Positions 25,889 through 36,087 of a stretch of DNA of 64,000 bases are shown here, piece after piece. The notes below the pieces were generated by a model. That model did not search any database and was not told the origin of the DNA. It was given only the letters and a program-made list of their open reading frames with translations. Made by a program: the position numbers and the translations under genes. The DNA comes from a virus. Positions within the stretch are counted from its first letter, which is position 1, and each line of letters starts with the position of its first letter. The DNA lies in the IMG/VR virus record IMGVR_UViG_3300032770_000004, positions 79,375 to 143,374 of that record; one strand, given 5' to 3'.

Positions 25889-27478
25889 TTATAGCTCGAC
25901 CTTGTTGATCAAGTCAACCCAGTGTTGACCATTCAGCTGTCCCTTGAGGAACAGAGAAACGATGTCAAACACGCGGTCGTTGAAGCCGCCGACATTCAGC
26001 ACGTCGGCCATCTTGTCGGGCACCTGAACTGTAGCGCCCGGCTGAATGTCGATGCAGACCAGCTTTGCGCCTGGGTTGCGCTTCTTGAAGGCTGCCCATT
26101 CTGCGGCCATGTCAGTACCTCCAATGTAATGAGAAGCGTAGGCCGAACGAGCGAAAGAAACCCAGGACTCATTGTCCGACACGAAAATGACAGCGTCGGC
26201 CTTTGCCTTGGTTTCATTCAGGTGACGAAGAGCAGCCGCACAGTCAGTGCCGCCACCAGGAAGCTCTAGGAGCTTGTTTGCGTTTGTCATCACTGAATCG
26301 CGAGCTTCGAGTTTGATTGGCACAACTTGCGTGTGGAATGGCAACACGGTGGCGTCTTCGTTCTTGCGAACGACCGAGGCAGCCATGAGAGAGGCGACAT
26401 CAACGCAACGTACTGCCGTCGTACCGCCGCCGCGATAACCCGTAACGGGAGCCCTCATAGAACCCGAAATGTCAACAGCAACAACCACCTTGCCGGGCAG
26501 CTCGGGAACATTCTCCGTAGAGATTTCCAAAGCGTCCTGAAGAGCGCCAGTGATCTTGGCGGGCAAGTCGGCAGCATTCATGTACGCAGTCAGAAGCTGG
26601 TACGGAAACACCTTGGACTTGACGATTGACTCGCGATCCTTCAACAGATCAGCGATCTTCTTGACCTGAGTTCCGCCGTCCAAATTGAACACGCCATTGC
26701 GCTTCAGCGTGTTGAGATTCATGCGGAGAGTCTGCCAGCCCATCGACTCGGCAAGAACAGCCCACTGATCAGCGGACATCTTGACGTTCGAAAGGAACTG
26801 GAAGTTGATCTCAGGAGGCGCACCGGCTGGGTCCTTCTTGAACTTCTCGAAGGCGGCGACCTGAGCGGGGAGCAGATTGACATCATACTCCTTATCGAGC
26901 AGGTAGGCGAACATGTTGTTCATCGCAGGCGTAGTCGCCTTGGGGTGAACCATCTTGATGACATCGGCCAGTGACGGATCGTTTCCGATCGACTGAGCAA
27001 ACAGCTTGGAAGGACCCAGGCCATTCAGCATGCGCTGAATTGCCTTCTTGACCGCAGTGCCGAAGCTCTTGCGGCCGACCTTGCCCGAGCGAACAACTTG
27101 AACGAAGTTGCGGAGCATCTTGACGTTGTCAATCACGCGGGGAAAAGCCTTCTTGAAGTACACAAGACCGGCATTGCCTTCGCGCTCGACGGTCAACGAT
27201 GCGACCAGGAGAGCGGGCATGTCCTTCATGTAGCCGAATTCACGAGCATACACGGCCAGCTTGGCGACGAATTCGGGGCTGCACTTGGAGATCAACTTCA
27301 GAGTCATGTCGAGCTGGGTTTCAGCATCGGCGTAGAAGGTGTTGTTGAGGCAGCCAGTCAGCACGTATTGTGCGAGGGCGTGTTCGTCAGTGGTCTGGTA
27401 AGCGACACCTCCAGCCTCGTTGACAGCGGTGGTGGCATCTAAAGTACGACCGGGGTTCTTGAAAACGTTCTTGTTCAT
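25889..27478 (-). CDS. rsr: Ro60/TROVE domain RNA-binding protein with vWA domain
   Basis: NEAGGVAY, TFYA, MNLNTL, VFPYQ, MIDAS DISGSM, GGTDC, SDNESW; GGAGG RBS. Confidence 0.92.
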   Translation of the reverse strand: MNKNVFKNPGRTLDATTAVNEAGGVAYQTTDEHALAQYVLTGCLNNTFYADAETQLDMTLKLISKCSPEFVAKLAVYAREFGYMKDMPALLVASLTVEREGNAGLVYFKKAFPRVIDNVKMLRNFVQVVRSGKVGRKSFGTAVKKAIQRMLNGLGPSKLFAQSIGNDPSLADVIKMVHPKATTPAMNNMFAYLLDKEYDVNLLPAQVAAFEKFKKDPAGAPPEINFQFLSNVKMSADQWAVLAESMGWQTLRMNLNTLKRNGVFNLDGGTQVKKIADLLKDRESIVKSKVFPYQLLTAYMNAADLPAKITGALQDALEISTENVPELPGKVVVAVDISGSMRAPVTGYRGGGTTAVRCVDVASLMAASVVRKNEDATVLPFHTQVVPIKLEARDSVMTNANKLLELPGGGTDCAAALRHLNETKAKADAVIFVSDNESWVSFARSAYASHYIGGTDMAAEWAAFKKRNPGAKLVCIDIQPGATVQVPDKMADVLNVGGFNDRVFDIVSLFLKGQLNGQHWVDLINKVEL

Positions 27479-27543
27479 CTTACTCCTCCATCTGACTTAT
27501 GTCAGCAAATTGTTGCGTTAGATTATAGCATCCTGGGTCTGTG

Positions 27544-28050
27544 TCAAGCCTTTTTCCGAATACCTGAGGTAATTTCGATGGGCAATCCACGAAGAAGTTC
27601 GTATAGCGGCTCATTCGCCTTAGGTAGATAAAAATTGCTGTCTTTGGCAACCTTATGGGCTTCTTCGCCCTTACAATACTTGCAATTTTCTAGTGGCACA
27701 CGGAAATCTCGATCGGGGACTCGAAAGTCTTCCAGACTTTTCTGATCACCAGCGATATAACCTGTAATCGTTGTGTATCCGTAGGAAACACTCAGAAGTG
27801 ACACTCCTACGATTGGAAACGAAAAGATGTGGGCACTATCATGCTCCCAGTCGGTTACATTTAGAAAGTACGAAGATAAGATCCAAGGATTTTCAGGCCT
27901 ATCGGGCCGCCAAAGCTTGATCTCCCCACACTTGATCCATTCGGCCATATCCCAGCTATGTCCAACTCGAATGACTGTTTCGATTTTAGATGCCCCACGA
28001 GAAAACTTTCGTAGATCATGCAAAAACAAGCTTTCTTTGAGTTTTTCCAT
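27544..28050 (-). CDS. Hypothetical protein
   Basis: 168-aa ORF with AAAGG RBS. Confidence 0.6.
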   Translation of the reverse strand: MEKLKESLFLHDLRKFSRGASKIETVIRVGHSWDMAEWIKCGEIKLWRPDRPENPWILSSYFLNVTDWEHDSAHIFSFPIVGVSLLSVSYGYTTITGYIAGDQKSLEDFRVPDRDFRVPLENCKYCKGEEAHKVAKDSNFYLPKANEPLYELLRGLPIEITSGIRKKA

Positions 28051-28161
28051 GGTACCTTTCTTAGGCTCAATGCCGACCTTTTGTCAAGCAAGGTAATCTG
28101 TACCACGAGGACATCGATCGGAGCACTTAGCCCCGGTGTCCAATTCCAACTTGAGGTATCC

Positions 28162-28560
28162 ATGCAGAAAACCGAAGAATTTACCGTTTCCATTCCCACA
28201 TCTGACGGAGATACTCTCCGAGGAAAATTCAAAATCAAACTACGCCTGAGTCATCGCGATCGTCTTCAGATGGACGAAATCCGCCGAAGCCTTCTTGGTA
28301 CCAAATCCTCCGAAGCAAGTCAAGAGGCTTACGGATTGGCAACAGCGCTAGCCAAGATTCAGGTCCATCTAATTGACGCTCCTAGTTGGTGGAAGGAGAA
28401 CTCCAACGGACTTGACTTCGAAGACGATGAGGTGGTTCTACGCGTGCTCGAAGCCCTTACAAAGGTTGAGAGTGACTATCAAGCCAAGATAAAGAAGGAT
28501 GCAGATGAGGCTCGTGGAGATCTCAAGAAGGAAATCCTTGAATCTAAGGAGCCTAAGTAA
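28162..28560 (+). CDS. Tail assembly chaperone
   Basis: GKFKIK, APSWW motifs; position before the tape measure; start moved to MQKTEEF with GAGG RBS. Confidence 0.65.
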   Translation: MQKTEEFTVSIPTSDGDTLRGKFKIKLRLSHRDRLQMDEIRRSLLGTKSSEASQEAYGLATALAKIQVHLIDAPSWWKENSNGLDFEDDEVVLRVLEALTKVESDYQAKIKKDADEARGDLKKEILESKEPK

Positions 28561-28823
28561 TGTACGGCTACAACTACCAATGGGTCCAGCAAGGCTGGCA
28601 ATGTCCCGTTTGTCAACGCGTATATTCCCCTTCGACGATGATGTGCCTTATGTGCCCTCCCAAGACAGAGGTTGCCACCACGTCAACAACCTATACGCCA
28701 TTTACACAAGTAGACTTAGACTACACCTGCCCACACGGTAAGGTTCTGGGATCGGGCTGTAATGAATGTGCGAGTGGTTGGTCCTTTACTACGACCATAA
28801 ATGACTCCAATAAAAACAAGTAA
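28560..28823 (+). CDS. Small Cys-rich protein
   Basis: GWQCPVCQRVYSP...CLMC; TAATG overlap. Confidence 0.65.
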   Translation: MYGYNYQWVQQGWQCPVCQRVYSPSTMMCLMCPPKTEVATTSTTYTPFTQVDLDYTCPHGKVLGSGCNECASGWSFTTTINDSNKNK

Positions 28824-28826
28824 TGA

Positions 28827-29333
28827 ATGTCCTGGATCAACGACCTCAAAGCATTAGCGATGCAATCGGTCCTCAAAGAGGATCTCGACTACCTTCTGCG
28901 TGATATTTTCCGTTGGTACTCCAAGGAGTTTGTCACTCCTTTACACGTTGTAGAGACACTTCCTTTAGAGGATGTTCTTCGGCACTATTATGAGGTTAAA
29001 TATGCCGAACTATCTGAACATGAACGGCTCGAAGAGATTGACCGTCTACTGTTGACAGAAGAGGCCCTCCGAATTCGCAAAGAACAGGAGGATGCTGATG
29101 ATGCCGATGCCTTTGAATATGCTAAGGCAGCTGAAAAGGTAGAGAAGTCTAAGGCACAAGCCAAAGAAGACCTGAAGCCACGTGTTGAACCTGAAGCTAC
29201 GCTACCAAAATTGAAGGACATGAAGGAACTCCCACAAGATATGGAGATCACCTTCATTGATGACAATGTAGATCCAGACGCCCTCTTGGAGGGCAGCTTC
29301 GGGCCGCCGTCCAAAAAGCCTAAGAACGGGTAA
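28827..29333 (+). CDS. Second tail assembly chaperone
   Basis: IFRWYSKEFVTPL..HYYE and acidic tail; position. Confidence 0.55.
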   Translation: MSWINDLKALAMQSVLKEDLDYLLRDIFRWYSKEFVTPLHVVETLPLEDVLRHYYEVKYAELSEHERLEEIDRLLLTEEALRIRKEQEDADDADAFEYAKAAEKVEKSKAQAKEDLKPRVEPEATLPKLKDMKELPQDMEITFIDDNVDPDALLEGSFGPPSKKPKNG

Positions 29334-29343
29334 TCTTTGAATT

Positions 29344-29847
29344 ATGTCGCGCATGTCCAAGGAATACAACCGCGAAGCTAATCGTCGCTATCGAGAGCGT
29401 CATGGCGAAGCTCTGAAACAACGCAAAGCGGAATGGTATCAAGCCAACAAGGACCCCGCTAAAGAGGCAGCCAGATATGCTGCCGATAGAGAAAATCAAC
29501 GCGCTAAAAGACGAGAATACTACCAAGCCAACAAAGAAAATGTTAAGGCCCAAGTCAAGGCCTACGCTCAAAGAAATCCAGATCTGATTGTTCGAAGAAA
29601 CCTTAAACAATATGGCTTGACTTTAGAGCAGTACCAGAAAATGGAAACCGACCAGAATGGACTATGTGCCATTTGTGGGAAACCACCGACAAAAGGCCGT
29701 AAGCGTTTAAGTGTGGATCATAACCATACCACCGGTAAGGTCCGTCAGTTGCTTTGTGGTCGATGTAACACTGCTATCGGAATGACAGATGAGAGCGTAG
29801 AAATACTCCATAAAATCATCGACTACCTCAAGAGACATAATCAATGA
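29344..29847 (+). CDS. Endonuclease VII-type HNH homing endonuclease
   Basis: YGLT..QNGLCAIC..LSVDHNHTTGKVRQLLCGRCNTAIG. Confidence 0.9.
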   Translation: MSRMSKEYNREANRRYRERHGEALKQRKAEWYQANKDPAKEAARYAADRENQRAKRREYYQANKENVKAQVKAYAQRNPDLIVRRNLKQYGLTLEQYQKMETDQNGLCAICGKPPTKGRKRLSVDHNHTTGKVRQLLCGRCNTAIGMTDESVEILHKIIDYLKRHNQ

Positions 29848-32288
29848 GTGCAGGTAAAGAGCTGAAATTCCAGTTCATTTTGGATGAATCATCGTTCCAA
29901 CGCGTCAAAAAAGCAATCCAAGACCTTACTAGCGAAATGCAGAAGTTCGCTAAGGCCATGCAACCTGCCCAAGGAGGTGGGTTCGGACTTCTTGGTGGCG
30001 CGAATGTTGGTCGCCCCGGAACCGCCGCTGCTACTGTCACTCAGGCCGCTGGCAAGTCAGGCTTGAATCCCATCACGCAGGTAGTCGCAGCTAATGCCGA
30101 TGCCTTTAAGTCATTGGCTTCAGCCGGTACGACAAGCCTAAAAGGCCTAACAGATGCTCTTAAGAGATCTGTCAATGATCAGCTCCGTGAAGTTCGTGGA
30201 CTCCAGCAAGCATTGGATCGTCTTGGCGCTACCTATAACAATCTTGGTGGCAAAGGTACGACTGCCATGGCCGTACAGAACAAGATGGTCCAGGTTGCTG
30301 GTCGTCTCCAAGCAGCTCGTGGCCAACTTGGAACTCTTCAAGGTATGCTGGGTCCTCAGCCCGAGTTGATGCCAGAAATACCAGGACCAGAAGGTCCGCA
30401 GGGCCGCAGCAGGTTTAGTCAGTGGATGTATTCTCCTGCCAATGCCCCAGGCGGCAAAGCTCAATTCTTCGGAGGCGCCATTAAGGGAATCGGTCCTACC
30501 TCAGCCACTGGTGTCGCTGCCATGGGTGGAATAATTGTGGGCGGAATCATGGCAGCCATGCACGAAGCAATGGCTGGAACTAGAATGTACTCTCAAGCCG
30601 AAGCGCGCCGAGGTGACTTGGTAGCCGGTGAAATTTCACGTCTACGTAGCGGCGACATTACGCGTATGATCGCTCGCCAGGACATGCGTCAAGCCGCTGA
30701 GCGTCGTGGTGACTTGGATGCCGAAACTGGCTTTCTTGCTAAGGCTACTACCATAAGCGGCGCCGGTCTGTCTGCTGCCAAAAATCTTATTGCTATGAAA
30801 GGCGGCGCTAGCGGAACTGAAGATTTGACAGATCCTGAAGCCGCGATGTATGCGAATTATCAAAAGAAAGTAGAACAGTATGAACGTAGCGGCGACTTTA
30901 TAAACAAGCGTCTTGCTCTTGAGCGATTCAATTCTGAGTTTGGAGCACGTGTCAGTACTGGCCGTATTTTAGGCGCCGGTCTTAATCGCAAGATAGGCCC
31001 AAAAATGACAGGTCTCGGTCTAGTCCCCGGCTTTGGCGGAATGGGTCTCGGCACTACAGCTCAAGATACCTATTTGATGCAAGAAGCTGGATTGCATCGT
31101 CAAGGATACTCGATGGAACAGCTAGCCGGTGCTGTTCAGCAAAGCCGCCAGCTTGGTTTAGGCGGTGCGTATGCTGGTGAAATGATGGGTGCAGGTGCCA
31201 TGGGATGGGGACAATGGGGAGCCATTCGAGCCGCCGCCGCTCGTGGTGGTAATGCCAATCTTGCCTTGACTGCCCTGGGAGCTACATCTAACACCGCAGC
31301 TGGAATGGAAATTGGCCAAACAGCTTTTGGATTTGATCCTCGTGGAACTACCAGTGGAATCGGCCTCATGAGAGCCATTCAGGGTGGCGGATTTGATTTT
31401 ACTGGCGGCGTCAACGACATGAATCTTGCTGCTCGAATCCAACTCGGAATGGGCGCAGGTGACATGATGGCACAGGGTTTTGACCCCTATCAGCGAGGAC
31501 GCAATCTTGTAAGTGCCATCGGCCTCGGTCGTGGTCTTGGTACATACGGACAAGACTATCTTGGCAATGGAATGTCCTTTAAGCAACTGATGGATGCTGC
31601 CCAAGGCAATATTACTATTACTGGTAAAGCCATGGGTATCACTTCTGGCATGGCTCGCCAGCAACTCCAAAACATGGCCGGAAGTGTTTTCGAAAGATAT
31701 GTAGATCAGGGCGAAAATACTCCCATGGCTCACGCAATTCGTTCGTTCCGTCGTAGCGGAAAGAGCCTTAGTGCGTTCTTAAGAACTAGCGATGCCTCCA
31801 CGCGTGAAGCAATGGGTGCGTTCCTGGGAAGAGAAACAGGCCAAGGCGAAGAAGCGGGTTTGGGTGCCATTGGGCTTCTTGCTGGTGTTGGCAATACAAA
31901 GTTGCGATCCGGGAAAGTACCATATGGTGCCCTTGGTGAAGTCGAAAAGAGTAGGCTCGGTGCCGAAGCAGATCAAATGATCAAAGATGGACAGACCATG
32001 GCCGAAATGTTCTCTCAGGCAAAAGAAACATTCAAGCAGATGGGCACAGAAATCGAAATCCAAAAGAAATGGGCTTCGAATCTTGATGAGACTGCGGAAG
32101 CTTTTACAAATGCTTTGCATGACCTCGCCGATACGGTAAATGATACCGTCAAGCAAATCCGTACTGGCCAGCCAGCTGGACCTAGGTCTAGTACGGTTAA
32201 GGCTGAAGCAGCTGCTGCCGCAGAATCTCGTCTGCGAAACAATGGCTATATCGGCCAGCGTACCAAATCGCATCCCGATTGGAAGTAA
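29844..32288 (+). CDS. Tape measure protein
   Basis: 814 aa, Gly/Ala/Met-rich helical protein after the chaperones. Confidence 0.7.
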   Translation: MSAGKELKFQFILDESSFQRVKKAIQDLTSEMQKFAKAMQPAQGGGFGLLGGANVGRPGTAAATVTQAAGKSGLNPITQVVAANADAFKSLASAGTTSLKGLTDALKRSVNDQLREVRGLQQALDRLGATYNNLGGKGTTAMAVQNKMVQVAGRLQAARGQLGTLQGMLGPQPELMPEIPGPEGPQGRSRFSQWMYSPANAPGGKAQFFGGAIKGIGPTSATGVAAMGGIIVGGIMAAMHEAMAGTRMYSQAEARRGDLVAGEISRLRSGDITRMIARQDMRQAAERRGDLDAETGFLAKATTISGAGLSAAKNLIAMKGGASGTEDLTDPEAAMYANYQKKVEQYERSGDFINKRLALERFNSEFGARVSTGRILGAGLNRKIGPKMTGLGLVPGFGGMGLGTTAQDTYLMQEAGLHRQGYSMEQLAGAVQQSRQLGLGGAYAGEMMGAGAMGWGQWGAIRAAAARGGNANLALTALGATSNTAAGMEIGQTAFGFDPRGTTSGIGLMRAIQGGGFDFTGGVNDMNLAARIQLGMGAGDMMAQGFDPYQRGRNLVSAIGLGRGLGTYGQDYLGNGMSFKQLMDAAQGNITITGKAMGITSGMARQQLQNMAGSVFERYVDQGENTPMAHAIRSFRRSGKSLSAFLRTSDASTREAMGAFLGRETGQGEEAGLGAIGLLAGVGNTKLRSGKVPYGALGEVEKSRLGAEADQMIKDGQTMAEMFSQAKETFKQMGTEIEIQKKWASNLDETAEAFTNALHDLADTVNDTVKQIRTGQPAGPRSSTVKAEAAAAAESRLRNNGYIGQRTKSHPDWK

Positions 32289-32291
32289 TCC

Positions 32292-34322
32292 ATGGCTCGA
32301 TACTATGATGTGCTATACGATTTCGGAGAGTTTCCACAGGACTCTGGTGGTGGCGATCAGTTTACCCCAGACAGTCTGACGACTTCTCCGTATGCCATCA
32401 TGGCTGTATATCGCTATCGATACCCAGTGACTTTCAGTCGTGCGCAGGGGGCTAGTTTTGCGACCGGAAGTGATGCCACGAACGCCTCTGTTCAGCTACG
32501 AGAACTCACCCTTATCGTGTGCGATGACATTCAGAATTTGCAAGTACAATTCACTAAGTCTAACCACATTAGCCAACTATCTGCCACACTTCTGCCCGGA
32601 ATGAACTATCTGACCGAAATGTTTCCTGGAGACTGGGTGATGTGTTGGATCGTCAACAACAAAGATTCCTTGACCAGTCTCATTGACAGGATCAAGAACA
32701 ATAAAGCATGTAATAAGTTTTATGATGGGTTGAAATTCATTGGGAAGATAACTTCCGTCAGGAAGAACATTCAGCAACAACCTAGCGGTGTTCGCCATTC
32801 GTCCTATCAGGTGAATGCAGCCGGATTCACAGAGTTTGATGCACAGCTCTATTTTGAACCATATCTAGCAGCAACCAATCCCAACATTGTGACTCAGTGG
32901 CTCAAGCAGACAGGCGCTGACATTGACAATCTTATCGCTTCTAATGGCCAGGGAATCAGCATTAACAAGATACTCCCCTCTCTTCTCGATGCATTCTACG
33001 GTAAAGGTATTCCATCAAACTCTGGAGCTAATGCTGATATTCAAGGCATGCCAAATAACCAGACCGGCATTACGGCCAACTCATTCATCATTCCAGCACC
33101 CGTAGCAAACGCGCTTGGTATTTCGCAGGGATCCAAACCCAACAATCAAGTAGGATGGAATGATATTTGTGAAGTGTTGCAAGGCATTCAAAAGTATCAA
33201 CTCAGCAGCGCATCTCTCCAAGCAAGCATCATTGTTGATCTCCAGAATGGGAAAGAGGGAGCTAATGGAAGATCTGTAGCCGACATCTTCACGCCAGATG
33301 GGGTACCAGATGGTTCACGTCTTCGTAGGCGCGAAACAAAGGATCCGTTATTGGGAGTGTTCCTGCCCAGTCCGCCACAATTTACTGGCCAAAGGACTGT
33401 TTGGTCCATCATGCAACAGTACCTAAATCCCACCATCAATGAGATGTATACCTGTTTGCGAGTGAATCCGGCAGGAGACGTGCTGCCTACAGTAGTTACT
33501 CGTCAGTTACCCTTTAGCTCGGGCCTGATCAGCGATCTCTATCGTCCCAAGTTTATCAAAGTGGCCACCGCAGACGATAGCGATACCGAACGAAGTACTA
33601 CTTCTGGAGAATCAGACACAGAATCTACTGCTCCTCATCAGCTAGCACTTACCAGATTCATGGAACTTCCCCGTTGGCGAATTCATCCCATCCTCATTCA
33701 ATCGGTAGACCTGGGACGTAGCGATGCGTTGCGTTTCAATTTTGTTCATGTATACGGCGAAACCGGCCTTCAATCGCAGGATAGAACCAGTTACATCGTT
33801 CGAGATCCTCCCGTTTCAGATGAAATTGACATCAGCCGTTCTGGTCTTCGTCCATACATGCAATCAGTCAACTGCGCACCGACAGATACTCTTAATCGCA
33901 AGGCGGGTGATTGGATGTACATTATCAGTGACATCATCATGGGCCAACACCTAATGCTGACAGGTACCATGACTACGAAGGGAATCCAATCTCCAATTTG
34001 TCCAGGAGACAACATTGAATTCGATGGTCACGTACTTCATATTGAGGCAGTTTCCCACAACTTCCAAATGACAGGAGATGGCAAGAAGTTTTTCCATACA
34101 TCACTGGCCCTTAGTCATGGCGTAAAGGCAGATCAGGAGCCTGAATATGGAGACTTGTCTCTCTTCACTGGTTCTACACAAGAAGACCTCACTCGCTTTG
34201 ATGCACATCCAGCTTCGGAGTATTCCTTCAGTCCAAATCAGCCCAGCGAGCCTTCGTCGGCTACGACGCCAGCCGGTGATTATGAACCCACCGACGATGG
34301 TTCTAATGGTACCTCTGCATGA
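32292..34322 (+). CDS. Baseplate hub protein
   Basis: Position; PGDWVM, NEMY, RQLPF, GLRP, HIEAVSH hub-type motifs. Confidence 0.7.
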   Translation: MARYYDVLYDFGEFPQDSGGGDQFTPDSLTTSPYAIMAVYRYRYPVTFSRAQGASFATGSDATNASVQLRELTLIVCDDIQNLQVQFTKSNHISQLSATLLPGMNYLTEMFPGDWVMCWIVNNKDSLTSLIDRIKNNKACNKFYDGLKFIGKITSVRKNIQQQPSGVRHSSYQVNAAGFTEFDAQLYFEPYLAATNPNIVTQWLKQTGADIDNLIASNGQGISINKILPSLLDAFYGKGIPSNSGANADIQGMPNNQTGITANSFIIPAPVANALGISQGSKPNNQVGWNDICEVLQGIQKYQLSSASLQASIIVDLQNGKEGANGRSVADIFTPDGVPDGSRLRRRETKDPLLGVFLPSPPQFTGQRTVWSIMQQYLNPTINEMYTCLRVNPAGDVLPTVVTRQLPFSSGLISDLYRPKFIKVATADDSDTERSTTSGESDTESTAPHQLALTRFMELPRWRIHPILIQSVDLGRSDALRFNFVHVYGETGLQSQDRTSYIVRDPPVSDEIDISRSGLRPYMQSVNCAPTDTLNRKAGDWMYIISDIIMGQHLMLTGTMTTKGIQSPICPGDNIEFDGHVLHIEAVSHNFQMTGDGKKFFHTSLALSHGVKADQEPEYGDLSLFTGSTQEDLTRFDAHPASEYSFSPNQPSEPSSATTPAGDYEPTDDGSNGTSA

Positions 34323-35443
34323 GCATGATTCTAGATGACAATACAGTTATCCCAAGCTATCTAAGCATTCGCCAGCGTGGAGGTGGGTCGAATGATGGTG
34401 GAACCACGCTTACTGACTACACGCTGCGCCTCGGTGAAGTGAAGAAAATCATCTACCATGACGATCCTCTCAGCTACGGCAAGAAGACCGTAGAGTATGA
34501 AATCGAGGTACAGTATCGAGACGGCAACGGTATTTATACTTCCAGTACCTATCGCGGAGCAACTATCAGTACACTCTTCGGAGGTATTGCGGATCGCTTC
34601 CATGCAACATTCCGAGCCGACAATTCTTCTAAAGATGCGGCAGTTGGAACCGGTAGCAAGGTACTCGTTCTATGTCTCGCTGGCGATCAACAGAAAGCCA
34701 TCATCCTTGGCGGCGTAGAAGACCCGACCGGCACGCGGACTGAAGAATCTTCAAGTGGCCACAATCTCTTCTTTGAATTCAACGGAATCCAGGCAACCAT
34801 CGACAAAGATGGTCAGCTCACCCTAAAATTCCGTGGTGCTACCAAACAAGACGGCACGCTAGTAGACGGAGCAGTGACAGATGCCGAAGGAACGCAAGTT
34901 ACCATTGACAAGCAAGGAACATTGACCGTCTCAACCCCTAGTCAGGCTCAATATCTACAGCTCGACCACCAGAACAAGAAGCTCAACTTCAAGGCGGATC
35001 AGGAGTGGAATGTCAACATCAACGGCAAGGTGAACGTACAGGCTGGCGACGATGTCACCATATCTACTTCTGGAGGCGCTGTAAATGTCAATGCGAGCGG
35101 TAACGTTGTCATTAAGTCTGCTGGCGTTAAGGTAGGTGCAGCTACTCAAGCCTGGATGATGGGAACAAATTACCGTAATGCCCAACAGACTCTTAATCAG
35201 ACTCTGGCAAACGTTTTCACTGTTCTAGCTACCCTTCATGCTACGGCCGGAGTCTCAATGCAGGTAGCCTCTGGTTTGAACGCAACACCAGTCTATGGCG
35301 GCATCTTAGCTCTTCCTGGCTTCTCGGCCGCATCGCAGGCAATTATTCAAATGGGTCCTCAGATTGCTCAAGGAATGGCAGCAATCCGCGCCTTCGAAGC
35401 TGGATCCGCCACCTACCTAAGTACCGTGAACACCAACGACTAA
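34319..35443 (+). CDS. Baseplate central spike (gpV/gp5-like)
   Basis: OB-fold (GSKVLVLCLAGD..IILG) followed by beta-helix-type repeats. Confidence 0.75.
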   Translation: MSMILDDNTVIPSYLSIRQRGGGSNDGGTTLTDYTLRLGEVKKIIYHDDPLSYGKKTVEYEIEVQYRDGNGIYTSSTYRGATISTLFGGIADRFHATFRADNSSKDAAVGTGSKVLVLCLAGDQQKAIILGGVEDPTGTRTEESSSGHNLFFEFNGIQATIDKDGQLTLKFRGATKQDGTLVDGAVTDAEGTQVTIDKQGTLTVSTPSQAQYLQLDHQNKKLNFKADQEWNVNINGKVNVQAGDDVTISTSGGAVNVNASGNVVIKSAGVKVGAATQAWMMGTNYRNAQQTLNQTLANVFTVLATLHATAGVSMQVASGLNATPVYGGILALPGFSAASQAIIQMGPQIAQGMAAIRAFEAGSATYLSTVNTND

Positions 35444-35446
35444 TTT

Positions 35447-36076
35447 ATGGCAACATTTCCAATCAGCGTAGCCGAGCAGACAATGCTCGATCAAATCAAA
35501 GCAGACGGCATTTCGATTAGCTCTCGTGGCGTGGCCGTAGATGTTGATGGTGACGGCACGGGTGATACGCCCTACATTACTGATTTGCCGATGCCAGTCA
35601 AGAACTGGGATACGCTGGTGCCTTCTGGTTCAATCCTTGAAAAGAAGGTAGCCGATGGACTTCGTGTGGCCGCACTTCCCATTGTTCGTCAGGTGATGCC
35701 AATAGGATGGCACGATGAGAATGTTGGTTTCGGCCACTCAATCAGCGGATCCAACGTTACACTCAACAAGTTCAGCATTCCACAGGACCAGATTCTCCAG
35801 GCCCCCAGACAAGTAATGGCAACCGTATCCTGGTCAGCCTACTCTACAGTGGCGAGCACTGGCGTCAGTTACTTCCTTGACGTAAATGGCACTCCTACTA
35901 CATCGATGCCATTCTATTTCAACGAAGCCAACTCGCACAGGTCCATGTCTGGCAACTGGTTGCTTACCATTCCAGCCGGTACAGTAACCATCACCTTCTA
36001 TGCAGTAAGAAGCTCTGGAACGGGTGTTATCACCATGGATTCCAACGACTTCTCATCCCTCACACTGATGGGGTAA
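35447..36076 (+). CDS. Baseplate-associated structural protein
   Basis: Position; beta-rich C-terminus. Confidence 0.5.
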   Translation: MATFPISVAEQTMLDQIKADGISISSRGVAVDVDGDGTGDTPYITDLPMPVKNWDTLVPSGSILEKKVADGLRVAALPIVRQVMPIGWHDENVGFGHSISGSNVTLNKFSIPQDQILQAPRQVMATVSWSAYSTVASTGVSYFLDVNGTPTTSMPFYFNEANSHRSMSGNWLLTIPAGTVTITFYAVRSSGTGVITMDSNDFSSLTLMG

Positions 36077-36087
36077 TCTTTTGACAT

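Noticed and set aside
27523-27547. Consensus TTGACA/TATAAT promoter for TROVE
   Set aside because: The spacer is only 14 bp, so it was not listed as a standard sigma70 promoter. It could still act as an extended -10 (TGcTATAAT) or through the overlapping TAATCT.
28018-28161. 5' extension of the tail chaperone ORF in the track
   Set aside because: It overlaps the divergent gene and the late motif; the RBS supports a start at 28162.
28162-29333. Programmed -1 frameshift joining the tail chaperones
   Set aside because: No XXXYYYZ slippery site seen near the first gene's end, and an unrelated ORF lies between the two genes.
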